A stretch of DNA of 64,000 nucleotides from Sphingomonadales bacterium (GTDB taxonomy: Bacteria > Pseudomonadota > Alphaproteobacteria > Sphingomonadales > Sphingomonadaceae): NCBI GenBank assembly GCA_027486895.1, contig JAIXOE010000028.1, positions 25,437-89,436 of the forward strand. Direction: 5' to 3'. The position numbers and the translations under genes were made by a program. This document shows, in pieces, positions 51,555-60,821 of this stretch (positions are counted from its first letter, which is position 1; each line of letters starts with the position of its first letter). Below the pieces are notes generated by a model, which had not been told where the DNA came from, searched no databases, and saw only the letters and a list, made by a program, of their open reading frames with translations.

Positions 51555-51923
51555 TTAGGTGACGCGGCGCACAGCGGTGGCCAATTTTTCAGGATCGAAA
51601 GGTTTCACGATCCAGCCGGTCGCACCGGCATTGCGGGCACGGCTTTTCTTTTCGTCCGAACTTTCCGTGGATAAAACAAGCATGGGCATGTCGCGAAAAA
51701 CGTCTTGGGCGCGCACTGCTTCGATCAGGCAGAATCCATCCATATTCGGCATGTTGATATCTGTGATGACAAGGTCCGGCTTGCCGTTGGCGGAAAGCCA
51801 ATCAAGCGCGGCCAAACCATCTTCTGCTTCCGCGACGACATGCCCTTCGCAGGTCAATGTGTGTCGCAACAAAGCCCGCATGCTAGGACTGTCATCAACG
51901 GTTAAAATGGAAATTGCAGACAT
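51555..51923 (-). CDS. cheY: Chemotaxis response regulator CheY
   Basis: Single receiver domain: VDDS, ITDINMP and GWIVKPF. Confidence 0.92.
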   Translation of the reverse strand: MSAISILTVDDSPSMRALLRHTLTCEGHVVAEAEDGLAALDWLSANGKPDLVITDINMPNMDGFCLIEAVRAQDVFRDMPMLVLSTESSDEKKSRARNAGATGWIVKPFDPEKLATAVRRVT

Positions 51924-51941
51924 GGTCTTACCTTTCGATCA

Positions 51942-52505
51942 CTAGAATAATTCGACATCGCCAACAGGGCGCGATGGCGGCTTTACGGATTTTGGAACAT
52001 CGGCTGCCGTCATCGGTATCTGGCGACACCTTGCCTGTCCGGACACAACACGGAATTCAACGCGGCGCGCACTGTTGCCTCCCACATCTTCATGCGAAAT
52101 CAGGATTCTGTCGCGCTCCAGAAAGTTGCGGGCGAAGGCCCGGTTTGCCGTGCCTATGCGCTCCATTCCGGGACGCAGCATGCCGCCGCCGTAGACATGT
52201 GCGCGCATTGTTTCCCGGCGCGCGCCGTTCTTGATCATTTCGTTGATCAACTGCTCCATCGCAAACGCGCCAAAGCGTTCGAGCGAATGAGAATCCACGG
52301 CATCACCGGCCGATGGTTCGGCCAACAGGAAATGGTTCATTCCTCCCAGTCGTGCCAGCGTATCGTAGAGGCAGACGGCAACGCAGCTTCCAAGGACAGT
52401 GCTCAGCACGTCGCCTTCGCGGCGGCTAACCTTGAAGCTGCCTTGGATCACATTGATCAGTCGGGCAGGGCCCAGCAAATCCTCAGTTCCGGTTAAGTTC
52501 GGCAT
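51942..52505 (-). CDS. cheD: Chemoreceptor glutamine deamidase CheD
   Basis: TVLGSCVAVCLYD, GGMNHFLL and EDVGG. Confidence 0.93.
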   Translation of the reverse strand: MPNLTGTEDLLGPARLINVIQGSFKVSRREGDVLSTVLGSCVAVCLYDTLARLGGMNHFLLAEPSAGDAVDSHSLERFGAFAMEQLINEMIKNGARRETMRAHVYGGGMLRPGMERIGTANRAFARNFLERDRILISHEDVGGNSARRVEFRVVSGQARCRQIPMTAADVPKSVKPPSRPVGDVELF

Positions 52506-53548
52506 AAAGCGCGCACCTTTTCAGTAATTCCGCCAATCGGCAGCATATGGAGGGCAGCACCATTTTCAGCTGCAGCGCGCGGCATTCCGTACACCAGCGA
52601 AGTCCGCCGATCCTGCGCTATCGTCGCGCTGCCGCTCTGGCGCATTTTCAGAAGCCCCTGTGCGCCATCGCTGCCCATTCCGGTCATGATGATGCCAAGC
52701 GCACGGCCAGGCATTGTCTTCGCAACCGAGGCAAACAGCTTGTCGATGCTGGGGCGATGGCCTGAAACTTCCGGGCCTTCGAGCAGCCGCGACATCGGGC
52801 GATTGGTGCCGCGCACGACCAGATGCCGTTCGTTGCCGGGTGCCACATAGACATGACCGGGTTTCAAGAACGTATCGGTTTCAGCGACCCCAACTTTGGC
52901 GGGGCATATCGTATCGAGACGGGCAGTCAGCGCTTCGGCAAAAGATCCGAAAATGTGCTGCACGATTAATGTCGGCGGGCAATTCTCGTCCCAATCCGCA
53001 AGCAACTGGGTCAGCGCCTCGACACCCCCCGTTGATGCACCAATGGCGATCAACTCTGGCGTCGCCGAAGAGACAGGCCCATTTACAATCGGAAATGCCG
53101 GTGCCCCAACTTCAACCGGTTCCAAAGCTTTTCCTTTTAGACTGGTTCGCCCATGCCGCGCCGCCAAATGGATTACGCGCGAGAGCATGCCGCCGTCGGT
53201 CGCGATCAAATCGCCGCCTAAACCTTGGGGCTTTACGTAACAGTCAAAGGCGCCGAGCTGCAGCGCCTGCATCGTCGTATCAGCACCCTTCGATGTCAGG
53301 CTGGACACGATAATGACCGGCATCGGCCGCAGCGTCATGATCTTGTCGAGAAATTCGAGGCCGTTCATGCCCGGCATTTCGATATCGAGCGTAATGACGT
53401 CCGGGCTCACTTCGCGGATCATTTTGCGTGCTTCATTGGCATCCGCAGCTGCGCCTACGACTTCGATATCGCTATCGGCCTCCAGCAGCATCTGCAGGAT
53501 TGCGCGCATTGTTGGGGAATCGTCCACGATCAAGGTCCGGATCGCCAT
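52493..53548 (-). CDS. cheB: Chemotaxis methylesterase CheB
   Basis: Receiver domain plus intact triad: GASTGG, VQHI and GMGSDG. Confidence 0.95.
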   Translation of the reverse strand: MAIRTLIVDDSPTMRAILQMLLEADSDIEVVGAAADANEARKMIREVSPDVITLDIEMPGMNGLEFLDKIMTLRPMPVIIVSSLTSKGADTTMQALQLGAFDCYVKPQGLGGDLIATDGGMLSRVIHLAARHGRTSLKGKALEPVEVGAPAFPIVNGPVSSATPELIAIGASTGGVEALTQLLADWDENCPPTLIVQHIFGSFAEALTARLDTICPAKVGVAETDTFLKPGHVYVAPGNERHLVVRGTNRPMSRLLEGPEVSGHRPSIDKLFASVAKTMPGRALGIIMTGMGSDGAQGLLKMRQSGSATIAQDRRTSLVYGMPRAAAENGAALHMLPIGGITEKVRALCRT

Positions 53549-54417
53549 TATGCCGTCCTCTGATAGATGGTTTTGCCAACAGCCGTCAGATAGTCCTCGG
53601 CGGGTCCGGACAGCCGTTCGCTGTGGCCGATATACAAATAGCCTGAAGGGGCGAGCTGCTGGGCAAAGCGAAGAAGCAACTGCTCCTTCGTAGCGGTATC
53701 AAAGTAAATCATAACATTCCGGCAAAAAATGGCGTCGAACAATCCGGTGAACGGCCATTGATGAAGCAAGTTTAGGCTGCGGAAGCGGATGAGATTCTGA
53801 ATCGCCGGTGCGATAACTGCTTCGTCGCCAATGTTTTTCGTCCAAAGATTGCGAAGATCAGCTGGCACTGGCGTCAACGCACTTTTGGCGTATGTCGCGG
53901 CGCGTGCTGTCTCAATCGATTGATCGTCCAGGTCGCTTGCCAGAAACCGGACGTCCTTGCTTGCTATGCGCATGCCTTCGCCCCGGTGTTCGCCCAGAAA
54001 AGCCATGCCAAGCGAGTAAACTTCTTCGCCGCTCGAACATCCTGCCGACCAAATGCGAACTGGTTTGCCGCGCATCGCCTTGTCGATCAGATCCGGCCGC
54101 ATTGTATTGATGAAGTGATCGTAATGATGTTCTTCACGATAGAAATATGTGTGATTGGTCGTCAGAAGATTGACCATGATCCGCCGCTCGGCTGCGTTGT
54201 TTGCGACGAGCATGATATATTCGCCAAAGCTGGCTGTGCGATTGATCTGCAACCTTTTTGTCAGGCGCGAATAGACCAGCATCGCTTTACCTTCCGGGTA
54301 AACATTGCCGGACTCGCCGTAGACGATCTCCGCAATCGCGTCGAAATCGGCACGCGAAAAAATGGCGCTGTTGGTACCGTCAAAAGGACATAAGGATGTA
54401 ACGGCCAATGCGCTCAT
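53548..54417 (-). CDS. cheR: Chemotaxis methyltransferase CheR
   Basis: LTTNHTYFYRE, IWSAGCSSGEEVYS and IFCRNVMIYF. Confidence 0.95.
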   Translation of the reverse strand: MSALAVTSLCPFDGTNSAIFSRADFDAIAEIVYGESGNVYPEGKAMLVYSRLTKRLQINRTASFGEYIMLVANNAAERRIMVNLLTTNHTYFYREEHHYDHFINTMRPDLIDKAMRGKPVRIWSAGCSSGEEVYSLGMAFLGEHRGEGMRIASKDVRFLASDLDDQSIETARAATYAKSALTPVPADLRNLWTKNIGDEAVIAPAIQNLIRFRSLNLLHQWPFTGLFDAIFCRNVMIYFDTATKEQLLLRFAQQLAPSGYLYIGHSERLSGPAEDYLTAVGKTIYQRTA

Positions 54418-56510
54418 GCCGCTACCTGCAGATCATCGACAATCATGTCGCACGTCGCCAATGCTTCAATGTCGGCGATCAGCGCGATGCGGCCGTCACC
54501 CAATATTGTTGCACCAGCCACGCCATCGACGGCCCGGTAATTTGTCTCAAGACTTTTGATGACAACTTGCCGCTGGTCGCAGATAGTGTCGACCATCAGG
54601 ACAACCTGACCCCTTGCTTCGGTTTCAACAACAACGAGGACTGCTTTCGACGGGTCGCTTTCGGCTTCCGCAATGTCCAGCGCTGCTGCCACCGACTGTA
54701 TCGGCAAGAACCGCCCGCGCACATCGAGCACGTTGCGCCCGGGGCCAACGGCCTTCACGTCGCCTGGCTGCGGCTGCAGGCATTCGACGATATGTGTCAG
54801 CGGCATCACCATCGTTTCCGTACCCACCTTCACAATCATGCCGTCGGCAATTGCTAGTGTCAGCGGCAACGCGAGTGTGAATGTTGAACCTAAGCGGGGG
54901 TTCGAGACGATTGTAACGCGCCCGCCAAGCGCCTGAATATTCTGTTTCACCACGTCCATGCCGACACCGCGACCGGAAATGTTGGACACGGTCTGTGCCG
55001 TCGAAAAGCCCGGCGCGAAAACCAGATTGTCGATCTCTTCGTCAGTCAGCTTGGCATCGCGCGCAACGATCCCGCGTTCGATTGCCTTGGCAAGGACGCG
55101 TTCACGGTTAATCCCGCGACCGTCGTCAGCAACCGAGATGAGAATGCGGCCGCCGCGATGCTCCGCAGATAGCCGGATGACGCCTTGTTCAGGTTTGCCC
55201 GCAGCGATACGTTCATCAGGTGTTTCGAGACCATGGTCGACCGCATTGCGGATCAAGTGAGTCAACGGTTCGGCAATGCGTTCAATGACGGTCTTGTCGA
55301 GTTCAGTGCTTTCGCCTTCAACATCGAGACGCACATTCTTGCCGGTTTGTGCTTCAACTTCGCGGACGATGCGCGGAACGCGGCTGAACACCGCGCTGAT
55401 GGGCTGCGCACGCAGAGACATCGCGCAGTCCTGCAATTCGCGCGTCAGATATTCGAGTTGCGACATTTCATCGCCAGAGTTCACCCCGAAGCTCTCGAGC
55501 CGCTGGACGAGCATGGCCTGCGTGATGACAAGCTCACCAACGGTGTCGACCAACCGGTCAAGCTTGTCCAGGTCAACGCGAATGGTGGGCGTCGACGCGA
55601 CCGGCGTTACCGCTGACTTTGTGTGTGGTTCAATGTCGACAGGCCCATTTCTGGGGTCGAAAGCGGGCAGCACAACGGCCTCAGGCTCAAGCTTGGCTTC
55701 GGACGCTGTGGCGGCTTCGCTGACGGACAGGATATAATCATCGGCAACGAAATCGAAAATTTCGTCAATATTTGCGCGATCAACGGTGCCATCAATTTCT
55801 ACCGTCCAGATCACATAAGATTGATCGGCTTCGATGGCATCAATGTCGGGCAGCGCAGAAATATCGAGGTCGACGACTTTGCCGCCGATGCTGCATAGTT
55901 CGCGGATCACCCGCAGCGGCTCACCGCCATTGGCCATGGCTTCCGCCTTTGGTTGCACCTTGACGATCCAGGCGCGCGGCGTTTCAGCCGGATCGTCACT
56001 CAAATCAAAATCAAGGTCAGCCAGCAGCAAGTCAAAGTCCGGCTCGCTGTCGTGGTCGGAAGCATCTGCGTCTTTTTCGACATCCGACACAGGCCGGGCA
56101 GTTTCAGCCACGTCTGATCCTACCGTCTGCGCAGCGCCATCTGCAATCGCGGCAAGCTCGGCGCAGATTTCCCGGTCATCCGGATCGTCCGCCTCGCCTT
56201 TGATTGCGCTGACATGATCGCTCAGCATATCGAGCGCCTGAAACAGGATTTTCAGCAACCCGCTGTCCAAAGTCCGGTCGCCATCACGGACCTGTTGCAG
56301 CACGGTTTCAAACTTGTGCGTAAACGCCTGCAGGTTGATGAACCCAAATGCACCTGCACCGCCCTTGATTGAATGCACCGCACGGAAAATGCTGTTGATA
56401 GCCTCGTCATCGGTCGGATCAATTTGACAAGCTGTTAGGCCCTCTTCGGCAGCAGTCAGCCCCTCGTCACATTCCAGCAAGAATATGTTCTGGATTTCTT
56501 CATTTGTCAT
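54414..56510 (-). CDS. cheA: Chemotaxis histidine kinase CheA
   Basis: HPt motif FRAVHSIKGGAG, HLIRNAVDHG, GRGVGMDVV and a C-terminal CheW-like domain. Confidence 0.97.
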   Translation of the reverse strand: MTNEEIQNIFLLECDEGLTAAEEGLTACQIDPTDDEAINSIFRAVHSIKGGAGAFGFINLQAFTHKFETVLQQVRDGDRTLDSGLLKILFQALDMLSDHVSAIKGEADDPDDREICAELAAIADGAAQTVGSDVAETARPVSDVEKDADASDHDSEPDFDLLLADLDFDLSDDPAETPRAWIVKVQPKAEAMANGGEPLRVIRELCSIGGKVVDLDISALPDIDAIEADQSYVIWTVEIDGTVDRANIDEIFDFVADDYILSVSEAATASEAKLEPEAVVLPAFDPRNGPVDIEPHTKSAVTPVASTPTIRVDLDKLDRLVDTVGELVITQAMLVQRLESFGVNSGDEMSQLEYLTRELQDCAMSLRAQPISAVFSRVPRIVREVEAQTGKNVRLDVEGESTELDKTVIERIAEPLTHLIRNAVDHGLETPDERIAAGKPEQGVIRLSAEHRGGRILISVADDGRGINRERVLAKAIERGIVARDAKLTDEEIDNLVFAPGFSTAQTVSNISGRGVGMDVVKQNIQALGGRVTIVSNPRLGSTFTLALPLTLAIADGMIVKVGTETMVMPLTHIVECLQPQPGDVKAVGPGRNVLDVRGRFLPIQSVAAALDIAEAESDPSKAVLVVVETEARGQVVLMVDTICDQRQVVIKSLETNYRAVDGVAGATILGDGRIALIADIEALATCDMIVDDLQVAA

Positions 56511-56534
56511 CGAACGGTCCCGATATGGATAAGG

Positions 56535-56825
56535 TTACGACAGTCCGAGCAAACCGCTCGCACCCGCAAGGCTTGCAGCGGCATTGAAGGAATCGCTTGG
56601 TTGCGTGATATCGAATTTCGAACCACGCTGGCGGGCGCTGGCAAAGCCGGTCAGCAAGATCTGCAAGCCGGCTTGGCCGATATGCGTCACCTTGCTGCCG
56701 TCGATTATGACATCTTTGCCTGACTGAATGGCCCCGGCGAATGCATGTGCCATTTCAGCTGCGGCCGAACGGTCGACATTGTCGGGCAAAGCAAATGCAA
56801 ACGCCGGGGTCGTTGCGCCGGTCAA
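56535..56825 (-). CDS. STAS domain protein
   Basis: VIIDGSKVTHIGQAGLQILL; usual position upstream of cheA. Confidence 0.8.
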   Translation of the reverse strand: MTGATTPAFAFALPDNVDRSAAAEMAHAFAGAIQSGKDVIIDGSKVTHIGQAGLQILLTGFASARQRGSKFDITQPSDSFNAAASLAGASGLLGLS

Positions 56826-58642
56826 AACTCGGTCCAGTCTTCGCTGCTCGGCACCGCTTTCAATGCAAGATTACCCGATACCCGAGGCGGGGCCATTTTG
56901 CGAACGCCGGCTGGCTTGCTTTTGGTTTTCGGGGCAGCTGCCTTTTTGGCCGTGAAGTGGGCAACAAGCTCAGCCAACTGATTGGCTTCAGACGCAAGAC
57001 TGCGCGCTGCCGCCGTGCTTTCTTCGACCATTGCCGCGTTTTGCTGAGTCATCTTGTCCATATCGCTAACGGCGACGTTGATCTGGTTCAAACTCGACGC
57101 CTGCATTTCCGCTGACGAAGATATTTCACTCGCGAGCGCATTTATCTCGCCGACCTTCTCGACAATCCGCCCGAGCATATCGCCAGTCTTATCGACCAGA
57201 GAGACACCGCGTTCGACCTGACTGGTCGATTGCGTAATCAGGTTTTTGATATCCTTCGCCGCATCAGCCGATCGTTGTGCAAGGGCGCGCACTTCGTTTG
57301 CGACCACCGCAAAGCCTTTGCCTGCATCACCGGCACGCGCCGCTTCTACACCGGCGTTGAGCGCCAGCAAATTGGTCTGAAACGCGATGCCATCGATGAC
57401 GTTGATGATCTGTGCGATCTCTTGCGCGCTTTGTTCAATGTCGCCCATCGCGGTTACGGCCTGACGAACGATTTCACCGCCTTCAGTGGCTTCGTGATGG
57501 GTGTCAGAAACAGATTCGCTGACGTTTTGCGCGCTTTTGGCGGTTTCGCGGACAGCAGCCGTCACTTCACTCATGGCTGCGGCGGTCTCCTCAAGCGACG
57601 CTGCTTGTTGTTCCGTCCGCCGGGCAAGATCGTCCGACGCGGCGCTGATTTCAGCGGATCCGGTGCTGACGCTTTCTGCCGAGCCGGCAACCTGTCCAAT
57701 GATGCTGCCCAGTTCTTCGGCGGCATGGTTGAAGTCAGCGCGCAATGCTTCGTAGCGATCGTCGAATTCGGTTTCGATGCGATGATCCATTTCGCCGCTG
57801 GACAGAGCCTTCAACCCCTTGGCGAGCTCCCCTACCACTAGGTTTTGGGCACGCTCGTCAGCTTGTTTCGACAGGGCAGCTTCGCGGAAAAATTCGACCG
57901 ACTGTACCATCGATCCAATTTCGTCATTTCGGGCCGCACCGTGTACACTGACGCTGTAGTCGCCCCGCGCCATGGCCGCCATGGCACCCGAGGTTTCGGC
58001 TACGGGAGCAACGATTTTGCGAACGACAAACCATGCTGCTGTGCCTATGGACACAAGCATCAGCAGCGCAATAATGGCAGCTTTCCAGATCGCCCATTGC
58101 AGAGATAAAGCCGCGTCGGCTTGCAGTTCTCCGATTTTGGAATTTACGTCGACGACAAGCGCATCAATAGTCTTGCGTTGTTCCTTATAATGTTTGGTCA
58201 GCCGAGCATGGCTTGCCTTCACCGCTTCGGAATCGCCGCTTTCAGCGGCCGGCAGGAAGACGTCGTTCAGTTCAGCCCAAAACCGGTCAGCCGGTTCGAC
58301 TGTATCGACGTCGATCTGCCTTTTCAGATTGGGGTCCAACGAGGAATTCTTCCAATGTTGGTGGCGATCATCATACGCCTTTTGCTGCTGGACAAGACGC
58401 GCCTTACCTTCTTTTAACGATTCGTCCGAAAATGCGATCGCTGTGGCCTCTAGGTAAGGCTCTATTACATAGGCGGGTGGCGGCAAGATGTCAGCGAGCA
58501 GGTCACTTGCTGTCTGGTTGTCGACCTGAAGTGGACCGCCGAAGCGGATGTTGTTGATGGTGCTGCCGGTCAGCAACATGCCAATAATGAAGATGGCGGC
58601 GAGTGTTGCCGCTCCAACCTTGCTTACGCGCTGAATAGTCAT
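56822..58642 (-). CDS. Methyl-accepting chemotaxis protein
   Basis: Two TMs, HAMP, IAFQTNLLALNAGVEAARAG signalling tip, C-terminal pentapeptide DWTEF. Confidence 0.95.
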   Translation of the reverse strand: MTIQRVSKVGAATLAAIFIIGMLLTGSTINNIRFGGPLQVDNQTASDLLADILPPPAYVIEPYLEATAIAFSDESLKEGKARLVQQQKAYDDRHQHWKNSSLDPNLKRQIDVDTVEPADRFWAELNDVFLPAAESGDSEAVKASHARLTKHYKEQRKTIDALVVDVNSKIGELQADAALSLQWAIWKAAIIALLMLVSIGTAAWFVVRKIVAPVAETSGAMAAMARGDYSVSVHGAARNDEIGSMVQSVEFFREAALSKQADERAQNLVVGELAKGLKALSSGEMDHRIETEFDDRYEALRADFNHAAEELGSIIGQVAGSAESVSTGSAEISAASDDLARRTEQQAASLEETAAAMSEVTAAVRETAKSAQNVSESVSDTHHEATEGGEIVRQAVTAMGDIEQSAQEIAQIINVIDGIAFQTNLLALNAGVEAARAGDAGKGFAVVANEVRALAQRSADAAKDIKNLITQSTSQVERGVSLVDKTGDMLGRIVEKVGEINALASEISSSAEMQASSLNQINVAVSDMDKMTQQNAAMVEESTAAARSLASEANQLAELVAHFTAKKAAAPKTKSKPAGVRKMAPPRVSGNLALKAVPSSEDWTEF

Positions 58643-58723
58643 TTCTGTACCAATTCCCCAGATGCAATATTACGCCACCGGCGCAGCGCACTGGAGGCAT
58701 CGCGGCAGGACGCCGCTCCGATG

Positions 58724-58750
58724 TGAACGGCTGCCCGCTCAAAAGCTTTA
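58724..58750 (-). promoter_or_regulatory. Sigma28 (FliA)-type promoter of the chemotaxis operon
   Basis: TAAA-N15-GCCGTTCA on the minus strand, about 80 bp upstream of the MCP start. Confidence 0.7.
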
Positions 58751-59003
58751 ATGGGAAATTTGGGGGGCGCGCGATCAGTGATGTAGGTCATCTGCGGGGC
58801 AGCCATCGCCCTATCCAGCGTGAAAACAAAGGGCCGCGCACGATGACTGCCTTTGGGCCCGAGGGCATTGGATGACGTGTTCTCCTGGCCTTTTGCCGAA
58901 GTCGGCGACGCCACGCACATTGTGTCAGCAAATATTATGAAGCGTGCCCGCCTTTGCATTGACACAGACGTTCAAATGCCGCTAAGCGCGCCCCCTACCC
59001 TGT

Positions 59004-59090
59004 GCCCGGATGGCGGAATTGGTAGACGCACCAGCTTCAGGTGCTGGCGCTGGTAACGGCGTGGAGGTTCGAGTCCTCTTCCGGGCACCA
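59004..59090 (+). tRNA. tRNA-Leu (CAG)
   Basis: 87 nt; GCCCGGA/TCCGGGC acceptor stem, CCAGC-TTCAGGT-GCTGG anticodon arm, long variable arm, encoded CCA. Confidence 0.96.
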
Positions 59091-59162
59091 TTTTCGTGAT
59101 GGCGCAAATTCTTGCGGGACCGTTCAAGGCGAGACGCCTGTGCTGGACGTCCCGTCAAAGGC

Positions 59163-60668
59163 TCATGCAGGCGCCGGGCAATATTTCTTCAAATAATCGC
59201 CGTGCGAAGGCATATGTTGGACAACGAACTGGATCGATTTTTCCATTTCGTCGATTTCCCGGCGCGTAGTTGGTTCCTTTACGGCATCTGCCATCGCGTT
59301 ATGGCCGCCCATTTTGATGCCCTGCCCCATCATGACCGCAGCCCAGCTGGTTTCGGTAAACAGCTCATCATCTTCACGGAATATCTGGCCGTTTTGACGG
59401 AACAATTCGACCTTTTCGGTTAAGCTGTCAGGCACCGGCATATTACGGCAATAGTTCCAGAACGGACTGTCGTCCCGCGTCGTGCTGTTATAATGGAGGA
59501 TAAGGAAATCGCGGATGCGCGCATATTCCTTGCCGGTCAGGCGGTTGAACGCATCTTCCTGCGCTTGCGTCACACCATCAAGAGACAGCAGCGCAATCAG
59601 CTTATTGATACCGGTATTCACAAGGTGAAGCGAGGTTGATTCCAAAGGTTCCATAAAGCCCGACGCCAGCCCAAGCGCGACAACATTCTTGTTCCAGAAC
59701 TTCTTGCGCCTACCCGTCAGAAAGCGAAGGAAATTTGGTTCAGCGCCGGGTTTGCCAGCGATGTTGTTGACGAGGATGCTATGCGCTTCATCGTCCGACA
59801 TATATTCATTGCAATATACATGGCCGTTGCCATTGCGATGCTGCAGCGGCACTTGCCATTGCCAGCCAGCCGAATGGGCGGTGGCACGGGTATAGGGCAA
59901 AGGCCCGCTGCCATCTTCGCGCAGGCATGGCAACGCCACCGCCCGATTGCACGGCAAGTAATTGGACCAGTCATCATATCCGGTTTTGAGCGCTTGTTCG
60001 ATCAGCAGGCCACGGAAGCCAGAGCAATCAATGAACAAGTCGCCCTTCAAAACATCGCCATTGTCCATCGTTACGGACGATACAAAACCGCTTTCATTGT
60101 CCAGCGTGACATCGTTGATTTTGCCTTCACGCCGAACCACGCCTCGGACTTCCGCATAATTGCGCAGGAACTTCGCATAACGGCCAGCATCGATATGGTA
60201 CGCGTAATTGACCGGCGGAAGATCCTCACGTTGGTAGTCCTCGGTACGGGCGAAGCGGCCAAAATGTGCCGCCATTGTTTCCACATTGAAAACCTGAATC
60301 GGGCGCTTGTCGCCTGCTTGCTGATATTTGTGCCAGACATGGTGAAATGAAATCCCGTCGACCTGATAACCGTAATTACCAAAGGGGTGGATATAACTAT
60401 CGCCAATCTTGCCCCAGTTTACGAACTGGATGCCAAGCTTGAAGCTGCCTTGCACCATCGACAGCATTTCGCGTTCGTCAATTTCGAGCAGACGGTTGAA
60501 ATCCAGAAATGGCGGGATCGTCGCCTCGCCTACGCCAACCGTGCCGATTTCCTCCGACTCGATGAGTGTAATCTCCACTGGCCGACCAGCGCGGAGGCGC
60601 GACAGCGCGGCAGCGGCCATCCAGCCTGCAGTTCCGCCGCCAACGATGATGATTTGCTCGATTGCCAT
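59163..60668 (-). CDS. Tryptophan halogenase-family flavin-dependent enzyme
   Basis: GGGTAGW, GVGEATIP, SFKLGI (catalytic Lys), WQWQVP and GFMEPLEST. Alternative GTG start at 60674. Confidence 0.92.
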   Translation of the reverse strand: MAIEQIIIVGGGTAGWMAAAALSRLRAGRPVEITLIESEEIGTVGVGEATIPPFLDFNRLLEIDEREMLSMVQGSFKLGIQFVNWGKIGDSYIHPFGNYGYQVDGISFHHVWHKYQQAGDKRPIQVFNVETMAAHFGRFARTEDYQREDLPPVNYAYHIDAGRYAKFLRNYAEVRGVVRREGKINDVTLDNESGFVSSVTMDNGDVLKGDLFIDCSGFRGLLIEQALKTGYDDWSNYLPCNRAVALPCLREDGSGPLPYTRATAHSAGWQWQVPLQHRNGNGHVYCNEYMSDDEAHSILVNNIAGKPGAEPNFLRFLTGRRKKFWNKNVVALGLASGFMEPLESTSLHLVNTGINKLIALLSLDGVTQAQEDAFNRLTGKEYARIRDFLILHYNSTTRDDSPFWNYCRNMPVPDSLTEKVELFRQNGQIFREDDELFTETSWAAVMMGQGIKMGGHNAMADAVKEPTTRREIDEMEKSIQFVVQHMPSHGDYLKKYCPAPA

Positions 60669-60718
60669 CTGCACTCTCCCTTGATCTTCTGCATAACGAT
60701 ATAGACCAGAACTGCAAA

Positions 60719-60756
60719 TTGTGAACGTTCATTTTGCCTCTTGTGAACGCTCTCAA
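60719..60756. promoter_or_regulatory. Two LacI-family-like operators in the divergent promoter
   Basis: TGAACGTTCA palindrome (60722-60731) and TTGTGAACGCTCTCAA (60741-60756); TTGTGAACG repeats at 22-bp spacing. Confidence 0.55.
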
Positions 60757-60821
60757 TTGTGGATATGTGTTAGGATGAAGGGGGAATTTATATCCTCCGA
60801 ATCAACATCAGGGAGGATCAT

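Noticed and set aside
48483-59090. Chemotaxis cluster as a second island bounded by tRNA-Lys and tRNA-Leu
   Set aside because: No repeat of either tRNA 3' end and no integrase was seen; tRNA-Leu lies downstream with its 3' end facing away from the cluster.
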